In this document: positions 1 through 11,451 of the stretch, in pieces
Layout: each line of letters begins with the position of its first letter
How positions within the stretch are numbered: position 1 is the first letter of the stretch
NCBI GenBank assembly: GCA_000004985.1
Contig: GG738916.1
Length of the DNA stretch: 64,000 nt
Reading direction: 5' to 3' (one strand)
Source of the DNA: Naegleria gruberi
Lineage: Eukaryota
The notes under the pieces: generated by a model
Database searches by the model: none
What the model saw: only the letters and a program-made list of their open reading frames with translations
Told to the model about the DNA's origin: nothing
Position numbers and translations under genes: made by a program

Positions 1-217
1 AAAAAAGTGGATGGGAACAGGGTTACTGTTGGTTGTTGTTGTTTTTTTTTTGTGTTGAGTTTTTGCAAGCGTTCATAATTTTCACCACATTTGATTTGCA
101 AAGCCTAATTTGGACATTTTTGTAAACTCAAGCTCAAACCGCCAATTCATTCATTACTGCAAACTTGGCTGTTGAATAAGGAATGAAGATTTTTGTGTAT
201 TGAGGTGCACCTGTTCT

Positions 218-1822
218 TTATTTCTTCGCCTCAGTTGTTGCTGTATGGTCAGCAGGGTGTGAAATAATTTTCACATCACACAATGAATTGCAACTCAGGA
301 CAGAGTGAAATAATCGACAATAGAATCGACCGATATTGTGTGCTCTCTTGAGGAGAATGAAGGAATTGTCGGCTGAGGAGGAGAGAAACAGCTTGACACT
401 TGTTGTTCCACGAGAAATGTCCAACACGACTGATGGATCCAAGCTTAATGGAGTGCAATCTGCAGTGATGGTATTCTTACCTAAGCCAGTTTGTCCTAAT
501 TCACTCCAGCCACACACATAGATATTTCCTGATGAGGTTGTGAGGGCAGTGTGGTAGGAACCAGCTGCCATATCACTAACTTGTTCATGGGTAGGTAATT
601 GTAAGAGTTGTGGTTCTATTGTGCCAGTAATGACCTTACTGAATGGTAATTGCTTGTCATCGTTCATTCCTAGTCCATAGAATTGATTGGAAATTGTCTT
701 TAAGAATAAATGCTTTCCTCCAGAGAATACTTGAACTAATGGTTCGAATAAGTTCAATTGGGTTGGTTCAAAAACATTGTACTTTTCAATCTTTCCCATA
801 ATGTACACTGTATGATTGGATGTCAGAAATGCAGAATATCGATATCCTGCATTCACAGAAGTCAACTTGAAATCCTTATCATCAAAAAATGTCAATCGAT
901 GTGGTGTGAAATATTCAGTATCATCGCCAAATGTAGTTCCCATACTGTACAATATATTATCCCTCTCAGAGTAACAAAGTGTATGAGAATAACTAGTTGA
1001 AATGTGAGATATTGGTGAATCTTGTTGAAATTCCACTTTAGTGAAACATTTCAAATGGTCAACCTCAATTCCCAATTGATGAAAACTATTATCACCAGTA
1101 ACCCAAATAGATCCATCACTATTCAATATAATAGAATGAAATGATCCACATGCTACTTTTGTAATCCTCCCCCTCTTTGATTGTTTAATCTTAATTTCAA
1201 ATAAAACTCCAAACTCTACATTGAATTCTCCCAATTGACCTTGAGTATTCGATCCAATTCCAAAGGCCTTTCCATCACTTGTCAAGAATATCGAATGATT
1301 ATCACCATTTGCAATATGAATCACATCATCCAAAGAGAATTTCAATTGTTGATCCAAATGACATGTAAAATCATAAATTACCTTCTCTCCAGCCACCAAT
1401 TGAAGATAATCATTCTTTCCAGTGACAAACATCATTGTCCGATCGTGTTTATATTGTGAATTCATATTCCATTGACAATCGGAAGGCAAAACATCAAAAA
1501 CTGATGATTGAGTTGTTGATGTTGTTGCTGTTGGCGAAGAAGGTGATGATGATGCAGAAAGTGGTGAATTTCTTTCCATCACAATTGGAGAAGATATGGA
1601 TAATGATGATGATAAATTATCATTAGCAGCAACAACTCCATTCGATTTAAATTCATTAATAATGATTTGATGAAGTAATAATTGCATTTTTCTTTTTTTA
1701 ATATTATTTTCGGAATGCTTATTTGATGCTGTGGGATAAATCATCATGCTGATGATGATGTAATATGGATGAATCACTCTGTGTGTATTTATTAATGTGA
1801 AGATGATGGACGTATCATCCAT
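218..1822 (-). CDS. RCC1 (regulator of chromosome condensation)-repeat protein; termini uncertain, 3' end probably spliced
   Basis: 534-aa ORF with repeated G-x-N-x-x-GQLG / hS.ilt.dG.i...G RCC1 blade motifs (e.g. GSNTQGQLG, TGDNSFHQLG, CGWSELGQTGLG). N- and C-terminal segments are low-complexity or non-conserved, so the exon structure is unresolved. Confidence 0.5.
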   Translation of the reverse strand: MDDTSIIFTLINTHRVIHPYYIIISMMIYPTASNKHSENNIKKRKMQLLLHQIIINEFKSNGVVAANDNLSSSLSISSPIVMERNSPLSASSSPSSPTATTSTTQSSVFDVLPSDCQWNMNSQYKHDRTMMFVTGKNDYLQLVAGEKVIYDFTCHLDQQLKFSLDDVIHIANGDNHSIFLTSDGKAFGIGSNTQGQLGEFNVEFGVLFEIKIKQSKRGRITKVACGSFHSIILNSDGSIWVTGDNSFHQLGIEVDHLKCFTKVEFQQDSPISHISTSYSHTLCYSERDNILYSMGTTFGDDTEYFTPHRLTFFDDKDFKLTSVNAGYRYSAFLTSNHTVYIMGKIEKYNVFEPTQLNLFEPLVQVFSGGKHLFLKTISNQFYGLGMNDDKQLPFSKVITGTIEPQLLQLPTHEQVSDMAAGSYHTALTTSSGNIYVCGWSELGQTGLGKNTITADCTPLSLDPSVVLDISRGTTSVKLFLSSSADNSFILLKRAHNIGRFYCRLFHSVLSCNSLCDVKIISHPADHTATTEAKK

Positions 1823-2259
1823 TGTAAATGTTCATAGAAAATCAAATTAACAGAACTAAAACAGTTGCCAAATCCCATGGATGCAAGCAACCTTGCAAAA
1901 CAGAGATCCTCTAAATCTTTGTTGATTTCTCGAGTAATTCCTTATTTAATTGAAGGTTTTCCTTCGTTATATCAAGGAATACCTCAGCTTGCTTCTTTGA
2001 TTGAATAACAAGTCGACCAATTCTCACTAGTATTGTTTTTGTCCACACTTGTGCTTTCGTTTATGTTCACCGCAATTGATTCTCTTGAGTTATGTCAACA
2101 ACATTATGTTTTATCTTTAAGGTTTGCAAAAACTTTGAAATAGTTTCAAATTGAACTAGTGCTGTAAGGGAAAATTAAAGAACATTAAACTTATAACTCC
2201 ACAAGTAACCTTGTATCTGAAACTCCTTTTTTTTATCCGATTCTTCGATCATCCAGTTC

Positions 2260-3655
2260 ATGAAATTGTTATCTGAAACCATTCGAAAAAAAATGGCTAA
2301 ACTTCAACATCCAACCACCTTGTTGGTGATGGCTGGCTATTTGATCGTATCCTTCTTGTGTAGTTTCTTGTTACTTTCGAATAGTGTCACTTGCATGTAC
2401 GATGATTTTCAACAAAATTCTTGGGATCAAGTTCCTGTTCAAACCAGAGAAATGATTTCGAATATTAATTCTCAACCATCAGCATCTTGGCAAGCCGTTG
2501 AATATCCTCAATTTAAAGGTAAAAGTTTGGCTGACATGACCAATGTAAGTTGTCAAAAAAATAATTTTTAATTCATTAAACAGTACTTTGACAGTTACTT
2601 GGTGCTTTGAACGTCAATGAAAACGATTTGAAAGGAGAGGTCATGGATAAAGATAATAGCACTAACACTCCTTTGAGCGATTCAAGATATTTAACAATTT
2701 TACGTTTGCGAGATTTTCCAACTCAATTCGATGCTAGAGAACAATGGCCACAATGTATTAGATCGATTAAAAATCAAAAGAATTGTGGATCTTGTTGGGC
2801 AGTAAGTTAATCTTGATGAATTTGTGTGGATAATTGGATCATGAATAGTTTTCTGTAAGTTGTTTTAATTGTGTGGTTGGTTGACTTGAATATCTCAATA
2901 GGCAAGTAGTGTTTTGGCTGATAGATTTTGTATTAAGAGTGGAGGAAAGGTTAATGTCGATCTTTCTCCTCAATTCATGGTTTCATGCAGTGGACAAAAC
3001 AATGGATGTAATGGTAAGTAGTTTACAATTTCACCAAAAAAATTGAATATTTGAAAATTAGGTGGTTTCTTTGATGCTACTTGGAGATTTTTAGTTTCTG
3101 TTGGAACAGTATCTGAAGCATGTGTTCCGTATGTTTCCTTTGGAGGCGCAGTCCCTGCATGTAATGTCAAATCTTGTGGTGTTCCAGGTCAAAAGTCACC
3201 ATTTTACAGAGCTGGTTCTGCAAGAAAACTTGAAGGAATGCTTGATATTATGGCAGATTTGAAGGCAAATGGACCTATACAAGTTGCCATGGGCGTATAC
3301 AGAGATTTCTACTCCTATAAGTCTGGTGTTTATCATCATGTGTCTGGAAGATATGTCGGTGGTCATGCTGTCAAAATTGTTGGGTAAGTTTTTGGATATT
3401 TTTCAAAGATTTTAACAGTAGCAGGTGGGGATATGATTCTGCCTCCAAGCTTCCTTATTGGATTTGTGCTAATTCTTGGGGAGAAGGTTTGTTTTTTCAT
3501 TCAGAATTAGAAAATTGTAATTTCAAAATAATTTCTAATAATTTCAATATAATTTTACAAAAGATTGGGGAATTAAAGGATATTTTTGGATCTTGAGAGG
3601 CCGTGGAGAATGTGGAATTGGAAAAATGGTTTGGTCTGGTAAGCCAGCTTTGTAA
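2260..3655 (+). CDS. Cathepsin B-like papain-family (C1) cysteine protease with N-terminal signal-anchor; 6 exons
   Basis: Exons about 2260..2547, 2595..2801, 2902..3013, 3062..3383, 3425..3486, 3564..3655, with GTAAGT/GTTTGT donors and AG acceptors at every junction. Spliced product contains [10 protein letters not shown], the active-site [27 protein letters not shown] and NSWGEDWG...GECGIG. It aligns along its whole length with cathepsin B. The ORF-track pieces 2260..2571 and 2607..2810 are exons 1 and 2. Confidence 0.8.
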
Positions 3656-4169
3656 ATCTTTGCAAAATTATTTACAACTCAATTTGTGAATAAATTTCTT
3701 TACAATTTTTCACAAATGATTCGAATTGAATTGGAATGACTTGTTCATAGACTCCAGAGTACAAGAGATTCCAACTCGTTAGATAACTTGCTTTATTGTA
3801 GATCTTCAATTTTTAAGAGTTTATTACAATTTTTCACTTCCTTCTCTTCCTTTTCTGACACCTTTTGCTGATTTTTCACCTCCGTGTTCTTCCTTTAGTT
3901 GATTAACTGTGTTTTTATTCATCTTTTCCACGTGGACTTCATCAGCCTCAACTGTGGATTCCATTGGAAGATCCATGTCTTGAGGTTTCGTTGGTTTTAC
4001 CTCGAGGGGGAGGATTAATCTGGTGTGGAAGGGTCTTTTCTGAATGGTTTGAATGAGGAAACGTTTCATTTTCTTTTTTTTTTGATTAATTTAATATCAA
4101 ATTTGTGTTTACAATATATTTCGAATCATTTTGGAATATTTCTAATAATGGAAATTATTTAAAATGTAT

Positions 4170-6284
4170 TTACTTTTTAACGAAGAGTTTTTGAAGGGAT
4201 TCTTCATTGTTTTGATACATGACTTTACCTCCAACAATGGTCATCAAAATTTTAGTTTCGCGTGTAATGGAATCTAATGCACTTTCGTCTGTTTCGTCCA
4301 ATTCCAAAATATTTCTCGAAAGTATGGTAATATCACCAAGATATCCCTTCTTTAAGGTTCCCACTTCATGTTCAGTAAAACCTGCATAGGCAGAATTTTG
4401 AGTATAGGCAATGAGTGTTTCCTCAATCGAAATCTTTTCTTCTGGAAGGAATGGTTTACAATTCTTTGGATTCTTTGCTTCATTTCTTCTTTCAACGTGT
4501 AATGGTGAAAGACATGGCTTTCTAGTGACAGCTGCATGGATATTATCGAGAATATCGAGAGGAGCAACAAACCAATCAGTTCCCAGAGCTACCTTAACTC
4601 CCTTATTCAGGAATTTTCTGACATTGTACAATTGTTTTTGTCTTTCTCTTATGATACTTTCAGCGTAGAGTGCATCATCCTTGAGATGGATTGGTTGCAT
4701 GGAGGCAATAATATTGTTCTTTTTGAATCTTTCAATATCTTCCTCTCTAATTTGTTGTGCATGTTCAACTCTGAATCTTCTATCTCTGGTCTTATCATTG
4801 GATTCATTAATGACTCTTTCATAGGTATCCAATAAAATCGAAATTGCTTTATCACCAATGGCATGAACAATCACTTGATGATGATTGGCATCAGCTTCTT
4901 TCACACGTTGATAGAAAACCTCTGGATCAACAACCAATAGACCAGTATTATTTTCAGTACCTTCGAATGGTTCAAACATGTAGGCTGTCTTTGAACCTAA
5001 TGAGCCATCCATAAATTCTTTGAGAGCTCCAATCTTGAACCATTCATCACCAGCTCTGCCTCCACTTTTCTCAGTCCAGCAGCAACTATAGTCGAATTCA
5101 TCATTGAGAATGACATGAGATGATTTTGGCTTACTATATTGATTCTTAATGTACTTTTTCAATTTTTGATGAGTTTCCAATTCAACAGAGGCATAAATTC
5201 TAACTTTGAGTTGTTTCTTTTCGTGAAGTTTTGTGAATGTTTTCACTTGATCCCAACTAGCCAAATTGAATACAGAACCCATGTCGTGCACGGAGGTAAT
5301 ACCATTTCTCAAGATTTCATCCATGGCAAGCTTGGCTGCCTGTTCGTTATCTGTTGGTGGAATAATCTTTTGAATAATGTCCAAAGCCCTATCTCTCAAA
5401 ATACCAGTTGGTTCACCTGTGATTGGATCCAAGTCTACAGAACCACCTGTAATTTGAGTATGTTTGGTAATATTTGCCAATTCCATTGCTTTACTATTCA
5501 CTAAACAGGAGTGACCATCCATTCTGGAAAGATAGACAGGATTACTCGATGTGAATGAATCAATCCAATTCTTGTTAGGTAACTTGGTGCCACCCTCAAT
5601 ATTCCACTCAGTTTCAGACCATTCAGCACCTGTAATCCATTCTCCTGCCTTGACACTTCTCTCCTCTATGAATTTCCTAACAGCACCAATAAATTCATCC
5701 TTACTCTTTGCATTTCTCAATTGAACTCCGAGCATTGATTTTCCACCCAAAATTACGTGTGCATGTGAATCGATAAATCCAGGAACTATCAATGGAGTAT
5801 TAACTTCATCACTCGATTTTTGTTTAAAATCCAAAACTGTTTCAGCCATTGATGTTGTAAATCGTGACAATATGTCACTATTACTTCCAATAGCAATAAT
5901 CCTTCCAGTATCCTTATGGACAGCAAGAGCTTCAGCCCACTTGATTGGAATATTCTTTTCTCCCTTTGTTCTTGATGCTTTTGGCACATTTTCCAATTTC
6001 ATTCGATCGCCTGTCCAAATTCTAGCATTTAATATCATGAGGGAAAGGGTTTTTTCATTGCCATTCTGCTGTGATTGACTACCAATCCAATTACTTTTAA
6101 ATACAACATAATACAAGGCAAAGGAAATGATGACGGAAACAATCGGACCGAAATTGTGTAGAAAGGTGGCAATCCTCTTTCTCTTATCACGAGTTTCTTC
6201 ATCAATTAATTCATCGTCCTGTTCTTGTTGCTTCTCCAAAGAAGATTTTTCCTCCTGCATTTTCTTATTTGTTGATTTGGACAT
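4170..6284 (-). CDS. Metal-dependent amidohydrolase (Amidohydro_3-type) with N-terminal TM segment
   Basis: 704-aa single ORF with GFIDSHAHVILGG (HxH metal site), VHAIGDKA, LGTDWFVAPLD and a C-terminal beta-sandwich segment. An N-terminal hydrophobic stretch sits about 40 aa in. Start ATG at 6284. Confidence 0.75.
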   Translation of the reverse strand: MSKSTNKKMQEEKSSLEKQQEQDDELIDEETRDKRKRIATFLHNFGPIVSVIISFALYYVVFKSNWIGSQSQQNGNEKTLSLMILNARIWTGDRMKLENVPKASRTKGEKNIPIKWAEALAVHKDTGRIIAIGSNSDILSRFTTSMAETVLDFKQKSSDEVNTPLIVPGFIDSHAHVILGGKSMLGVQLRNAKSKDEFIGAVRKFIEERSVKAGEWITGAEWSETEWNIEGGTKLPNKNWIDSFTSSNPVYLSRMDGHSCLVNSKAMELANITKHTQITGGSVDLDPITGEPTGILRDRALDIIQKIIPPTDNEQAAKLAMDEILRNGITSVHDMGSVFNLASWDQVKTFTKLHEKKQLKVRIYASVELETHQKLKKYIKNQYSKPKSSHVILNDEFDYSCCWTEKSGGRAGDEWFKIGALKEFMDGSLGSKTAYMFEPFEGTENNTGLLVVDPEVFYQRVKEADANHHQVIVHAIGDKAISILLDTYERVINESNDKTRDRRFRVEHAQQIREEDIERFKKNNIIASMQPIHLKDDALYAESIIRERQKQLYNVRKFLNKGVKVALGTDWFVAPLDILDNIHAAVTRKPCLSPLHVERRNEAKNPKNCKPFLPEEKISIEETLIAYTQNSAYAGFTEHEVGTLKKGYLGDITILSRNILELDETDESALDSITRETKILMTIVGGKVMYQNNEESLQKLFVKK

Positions 6285-6472
6285 TTTTTTGGATTTTGAA
6301 AATAATTTATTTTAATGTTGGATGAAATTTTCAAGTCAATTATTAAACTGCGACCTAATATCTCCAACAGTCCGCAAATTAAACGACATGTGTTAATGTA
6401 CAAAATAGCTTCAGTTTCTGTTGTTTACCATGTGGACTACAGATGAGGACAAGAGAATAAATTGAAGGATGA

Positions 6473-8032
6473 TTAACAAAGATTGTGAAGAATTTGATTT
6501 TGATTCTGAGCTACCATTAGAATATCAGAATCATTGAAATCTCTAACAAATGTCTCAAACTCTACAACATGGAAAAAGTAAAAGTTTGCATTCCAAAAAG
6601 ATCTTGCCCAACCAGGGAATGAGGAAATAAACTTGCTGTGAAGGTTTCTTGGGTCTACCTCAATCATAATTTTTGAAACTCCAAACGAGTATTCATCAAA
6701 TCTAGGTTTCTCAATGATTTCATAACTGCAGTATGGCATGAATTTGTCTTCAGTATTTGGACCAACTCCAATCATGTTATTGAGTTCGTAATCATCGTCA
6801 AATGTTGACAATTTCTTTGGCTTTCTTCTGGTTCCTTTGAAGAGTTCAGTTTCCTTTCCACATAAAATTGCATAGCAGAACTGGAGAATAGAACAAGGAT
6901 GACTATCAGCTGTATCATATCCTATTTGGAAACTCGTGAGTATCTCAATATATGGAGTTCGAGGAAGTGCACCAACATCAGACCTTGTACACTCACTAAA
7001 ATTATAGTTTAGTACTCGCTTTTGATGTTCCTTGTATTCTTTAGTAATCTTATTGAGACATTCTTGATGAGATAAATTCTGTCCAAAATAGTTCAAAATT
7101 AATCCATGTCTATCAAACAAGCTGAGAATTATGCCCAACTTGTAAGTACTCAAATCGTATTCAAGAGCTGGAATCAATCGAGAGGCCAATGCAACATTTT
7201 CCATACTGTCTGTCATTTCCTGCAATCCCAAAGTAAAATAATAATAGTTGGAGGAAATCTTCTTCTCAAAATCACTATCATCATCGTCTTCAGAAAGAAC
7301 TCTATGAATTACATCTTTTTTCAAGTAGTCTTCCTCATCTGAATCCTTTTTTGGAGGAGCTTTCTTTTTCGTATTCTTTTTTGACTTCTTTTTCTTGGTT
7401 ATCTTTTTCTTAGTTCCCTTATTGAGTGGAATGACAATCTCATTTTCTGTAATGAGTTTTGGACATTGGATAGGTATAAAAGCAATAACCAATCTATATA
7501 ATGAATACCAAAACTTTCCCTTTCCAAAACCACTCTCCAAAATTTCTCTAATTTCACTCAAAGTCAACTTGTCAGCAGAAGGATTTGGAACTGGTCGATT
7601 TGGAACTTCTCTATCATCACAGTTAGAGTAATCATCATCTTCATCTTCATCATTTTCTTTTTCTTTCTTTGCTTTAATAGCAAAAGGTGCCATCAAATCA
7701 ACACTCAAATTATAATTAATTTTATCGACAAACCATTGAGCATCACCAAAATCTCTTCCAAAAACAGCACTAAAAACACCATCATTCAATACAGCCTGAT
7801 TCCAATCTCTACAAACAAGAGCCATCGACCTGACCAAATCAATCGTCTCAGCAAATGATCCAATCACCATCAAGACATCGAGAGAAAATAATTCTGTGGA
7901 AGTCTCCGATCTCTTAATCATCATCATCTCATCATCACCAACATCATCATTTGATTTCTTGGTCTTTTTACTTTGTGGTTCGAGATGTTTCGAAGAATTT
8001 TTGGGTGGTGCTGAGTTTTTCTTTTGCGCCAT
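6473..8032 (-). CDS. Hypothetical protein with N-terminal F-box-like motif and Lys-rich/acidic low-complexity segments
   Basis: 519-aa ORF. LFSLDVLMVIGSFAETIDLVRSMALVCRDWNQAV fits the F-box consensus. Poly-K (KKKITKKKKSKKNTKKK) and D/E runs follow. No other domain recognised. Confidence 0.5.
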   Translation of the reverse strand: MAQKKNSAPPKNSSKHLEPQSKKTKKSNDDVGDDEMMMIKRSETSTELFSLDVLMVIGSFAETIDLVRSMALVCRDWNQAVLNDGVFSAVFGRDFGDAQWFVDKINYNLSVDLMAPFAIKAKKEKENDEDEDDDYSNCDDREVPNRPVPNPSADKLTLSEIREILESGFGKGKFWYSLYRLVIAFIPIQCPKLITENEIVIPLNKGTKKKITKKKKSKKNTKKKAPPKKDSDEEDYLKKDVIHRVLSEDDDDSDFEKKISSNYYYFTLGLQEMTDSMENVALASRLIPALEYDLSTYKLGIILSLFDRHGLILNYFGQNLSHQECLNKITKEYKEHQKRVLNYNFSECTRSDVGALPRTPYIEILTSFQIGYDTADSHPCSILQFCYAILCGKETELFKGTRRKPKKLSTFDDDYELNNMIGVGPNTEDKFMPYCSYEIIEKPRFDEYSFGVSKIMIEVDPRNLHSKFISSFPGWARSFWNANFYFFHVVEFETFVRDFNDSDILMVAQNQNQILHNLC

Positions 8033-8361
8033 TTTTTTTGGTTAGAGGGTTCTCTCTCGTTCGAAGTCAAAGATGTTGATGTGATATCTATTGGTTTGTC
8101 AAAATGACAATGACGGCTATTCAAGGAAATTGTAAAGTTGACTGGTTAAACTGTCACCCATTAGAATAACCATTAGTCTTAATCTTTTGTTTGAGATTAA
8201 GTTGTATATCGGTGCACCCGAGAGGATGTACAATCTAACCAAGATTATCCTTGTCATCTTATCTGCTGTGTTGGTTTTCAAGAAGAACATCGAAAAGTTT
8301 GTCTGAGTTTTCTTCAGCCGAAGTTGGTTTGAAGGAAATTTAATTTTAAATTTAAAAAAAA

Positions 8362-10464
8362 ATGAAAAATAATTCGCACGACCATCAACATCATCATCAC
8401 GAAGGATGCTCGCACGATCATCATCATCACCACGATGAGAATTGTACTCATGATCATGACCATCAACATCATCATCATGAAGGATGTTCGCATGATCATC
8501 ATCACCATGACGAAAATTGTTCTCATGAACATCATCATCATCACGATGAGAATTGTAGTCATGATCACGACCATGACCATCATCATCATGAAGGTTGCTC
8601 CCACGATCACGGACATCATCATCATCACCATCATGAAGGCTGTAATCATGATCACGATCATGGACATCACCATCATGAAATTCAAATTTTACCATACGCC
8701 AATGAAAAGAATAATAAGAAACATGTCAAAACCTTCTCCCCACTCATGTTGGCATGTTTACAGAATGATACAGCAACAGCATTGTCGCTTTCATCACCAG
8801 AAACAGTCAATGATAGATCAATTGATAATTTCACTGCTCTTCATTTTGCCATGATGAATGGTAATATCGCTCTAGTAGAAAGATTAGTAAAGGATGGTGC
8901 TAGACTTGATAAACGTACTATTACACATGATGGTATGACTCCTCTCATATTTGCTATCAAGGAAAGCCACTATGAATGTGTTAAAAAGTTTTTGGAATGT
9001 GCTAAATTAAAGTTGGAAGAAAATAGTGAATTACAAGAAGGTAAACTCACTATTCAAAAACTTGTCAACCAAGGAAACTTATTAGGAGAAACTCCACTTC
9101 ATCACGTCTGTAAATTGTTTATGCAAATCCCACATGCTCTCCATTTAGCTACCATTCTTATCGATTATGGAGCAAATGTAAATGCCACAGCTGTAGGTCT
9201 TTTAAAGGAGACTCCTCTTTTATATTTTGCTCGTTCCGTTCCTCCTGAAAGTGTCCTTCCAATGATGCAAAATGTTTCTCCCCACGTTTCTGCCCAATTT
9301 AAGAAATTTACTCAACTTTTCGAAACTCACAAGGCAACTTGTATCGAAGAACCAGCACCTGAAACTCCACTCTTACTTTTGGGAACTACTATACCGAAAG
9401 TTATTGTCCCTCCAGGTGTTCCTTCTCAATTATATGCCAACCATAGAGATAGTGCTAACAGAAAGTTGGAAACTGATTACGGAGGTGCCTATTGGAGTTA
9501 TGGCTGTATTGAACCATTCTACCATGGTAAGAAACCAAGAGTTAACATGGCTGTTGATGTCTACATTCCATTCACCAAACCACAAAAAGGTCTTACTGCT
9601 ACCACATTTAATGGATTCATTCATACTATTAATTATGCCAATCCAGAAAAGCCATCCAGAAGATATGAAGATATGGTTGATTTGGAAACTGGTAAGCGTT
9701 TGTCATTTGTTGCTACTTGTACTTTGAATATGAATCATGAGAAATTATCGGATATCTTCCCATCTCAAATGGAAGTCACTATTGAATGGAATCCAGAACA
9801 TAGCAGACATAATCCATGGGTTGTCACCAGAATTTTCGAACATTCTGATGAAAGTAACTCACTTCTTCAATTGGCTCAAGCTGCTTTTGTTTATGAACTT
9901 GAAAATGGTAGATCTGTACTTCCAAACTCAAAGCCACGTCGTTGTACCATGATCAAAGGATTGGAAGATCAACACGGCTCACATAACCACAAGATTCCTG
10001 CTCGTCTTCTTCTTGGAGTTGAAATGTTTAGTCCATATAAGTTTGTTGCTTTCAAATATGCTCCTGATGAATATGATAGTGAAGCTGATGTTCAGCTTAC
10101 TGATGAAACTGGTTTCAACAACATGTTAGGTCAATTAGTTCAAACAAGTGCCGAATTATTGAGACGAGGAAAACCACAATTGGATATCAAAATTGATGGA
10201 AAACTTTTGAATGTGAAAGAAATGATTGAAAATCAATTAAAGAAGAGAATGGAAAAAACTCTCAAAGCCACCCCACCAGCTGTCCAAGAAAAACCAAAAA
10301 CTCCAACTGTTGACAAGTGTGCCAACTGCAACAAGACAGGAACCAAGTCAGCACCTTTGAAGAGATGTTCAGGTTGCCAAAAAGTTTTCTATTGCTCTGG
10401 AAATTGTCAAAAGACACATTGGAGCTCCCACAAGACCGCATGTAAAAAATCAGTAACCAAATAA
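8362..10464 (+). CDS. His-rich N-terminus + ankyrin repeats + C-terminal MYND zinc-finger protein
   Basis: 700-aa ORF. N-terminal 110 aa are tandem (EGCSHDHHHH/HDENCxHDHDH) units. Ankyrin repeats (FTALHFAMMNGNIALVERLVKDGARLD, TPLIFAIKESHYECVKKFLE, TPLHHVCK...) follow. C-terminus has CANCNKTGTKSAPLKRCSGCQKVFYCSGNCQKTHWSSHKTAC, a MYND-type C6HC zinc finger. Confidence 0.7.
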   Translation: MKNNSHDHQHHHHEGCSHDHHHHHDENCTHDHDHQHHHHEGCSHDHHHHDENCSHEHHHHHDENCSHDHDHDHHHHEGCSHDHGHHHHHHHEGCNHDHDHGHHHHEIQILPYANEKNNKKHVKTFSPLMLACLQNDTATALSLSSPETVNDRSIDNFTALHFAMMNGNIALVERLVKDGARLDKRTITHDGMTPLIFAIKESHYECVKKFLECAKLKLEENSELQEGKLTIQKLVNQGNLLGETPLHHVCKLFMQIPHALHLATILIDYGANVNATAVGLLKETPLLYFARSVPPESVLPMMQNVSPHVSAQFKKFTQLFETHKATCIEEPAPETPLLLLGTTIPKVIVPPGVPSQLYANHRDSANRKLETDYGGAYWSYGCIEPFYHGKKPRVNMAVDVYIPFTKPQKGLTATTFNGFIHTINYANPEKPSRRYEDMVDLETGKRLSFVATCTLNMNHEKLSDIFPSQMEVTIEWNPEHSRHNPWVVTRIFEHSDESNSLLQLAQAAFVYELENGRSVLPNSKPRRCTMIKGLEDQHGSHNHKIPARLLLGVEMFSPYKFVAFKYAPDEYDSEADVQLTDETGFNNMLGQLVQTSAELLRRGKPQLDIKIDGKLLNVKEMIENQLKKRMEKTLKATPPAVQEKPKTPTVDKCANCNKTGTKSAPLKRCSGCQKVFYCSGNCQKTHWSSHKTACKKSVTK
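8386..8690 (+). repeat. In-frame tandem nucleotide repeat (about 78-nt unit, 4 copies) encoding His/Asp-rich metal-binding-like tract
   Basis: Repeated cacgatcatcatcatcac...gatgagaattgt...catgatcacgaccat units. The antisense and +1 frames give the spurious His/Met/Ile-rich ORFs 8117..8695, 8314..8685 and 8435..8854. Confidence 0.8.
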
Positions 10465-10557
10465 AGATCCAAAAAAACTTGGAGTCCATTTTAGTGATTG
10501 TTACTAATTAATATTTCAATTCAAATAAGAAATAATTAGAGATTAGAGAGAAAAAAA

Positions 10558-11451
10558 ATGGACGAAGATGTGGAATGGTTCTTGTCGTTGCAAAAATTGG
10601 GATTTTCCAACGAACAAATTGTGGACATGTGGAAGGAAAAGAATAAAGAAGCAATTAGCGAAAATCAAAACAAACAAAAGAAACGAAAAATTGAATTATG
10701 TTTGCACAGTTGTGAGGAAGAACAAATTGGACACAAATTTAATTTTCTGAGTGATGAAGCAATCGGAGTGGTGTTTGCGTTTGTGAATGAGAATTTCTGT
10801 GCATTCCGATTAATGTTGGTGAGTAAACAGTTCGAAAGAGTGGTTGTTTCGTCCATTAAAATATTAAATCTCAATAAGAAGGCAATTCCCAAGATTCCCC
10901 AATTGATAAATTCAAATTTGTGTGAGCCAATTGAGAGATTAATTGTCCACACAGAATTGGAACATTCATTACTGCAACAATTAGTTCACAAATGTGTAAA
11001 TATCAAACATTTAACTGCATCTATTCGAAAGCCACCATTTAACATTTCATTTACGAGTCCAACCATTCAGGAAATTAACATAATAGATGTGCGAGAAACC
11101 AAACCAAAGGTACATTTCGCAAGTGAGAATCTGGAATATTATCCACAACCACAGATACCAAATCCACAACCTAAACCATTGATTCGAACAGATTTATCAG
11201 AATCTAAGATTTTATTGATAAAAAAGTTTGTGGATAATACAATTTTGAAGGATTGCAATCTTGCAAATGAGGAAAACAAAGCTAGAATTCTCAGATGCAT
11301 GATGACCATACCAAATGAGCTAGACGAAACAGAAGAAACATTTCTAATTCATGAGGAAAGAGTTGGAAATGAACTGCATCAAATTTACTTTAATTTCAAA
11401 TATAGCAATTGCAAATGGACTAAAATTTTACAGAAAGAACACATGATTTAA
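10558..11451 (+). CDS. Hypothetical protein with F-box-like motif
   Basis: 297-aa ORF with AAAATG start context. FNFLSDEAIGVVFAFVNENFCAFRLMLVSKQFERVV fits the F-box pattern. Remainder unrecognised. Confidence 0.45.
   Translation: MDEDVEWFLSLQKLGFSNEQIVDMWKEKNKEAISENQNKQKKRKIELCLHSCEEEQIGHKFNFLSDEAIGVVFAFVNENFCAFRLMLVSKQFERVVVSSIKILNLNKKAIPKIPQLINSNLCEPIERLIVHTELEHSLLQQLVHKCVNIKHLTASIRKPPFNISFTSPTIQEINIIDVRETKPKVHFASENLEYYPQPQIPNPQPKPLIRTDLSESKILLIKKFVDNTILKDCNLANEENKARILRCMMTIPNELDETEETFLIHEERVGNELHQIYFNFKYSNCKWTKILQKEHMI

Noticed and set aside
3824-4069. 81-aa minus-strand ORF downstream of the amidohydrolase
   Set aside because: It lies in the 3' flank shared by convergent genes. It has no recognisable domain, and its basic, low-complexity composition is typical of a chance ORF in AT-rich DNA.
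8386-8690. Possible CRISPR-like array, suggested by the regular repeats
   Set aside because: The repeats are in-frame coding tandem repeats of about 78 nt with no unique spacers, in a eukaryotic intron-containing genome. No cas genes are present.
8117-8854. Three overlapping His/Met/Ile/Asp-rich ORFs (8117..8695 -, 8314..8685 -, 8435..8854 +)
   Set aside because: They are alternative-frame and antisense readings of the in-frame His-codon tandem repeat at the 5' end of the ankyrin-MYND gene. They have no independent start context or domain.
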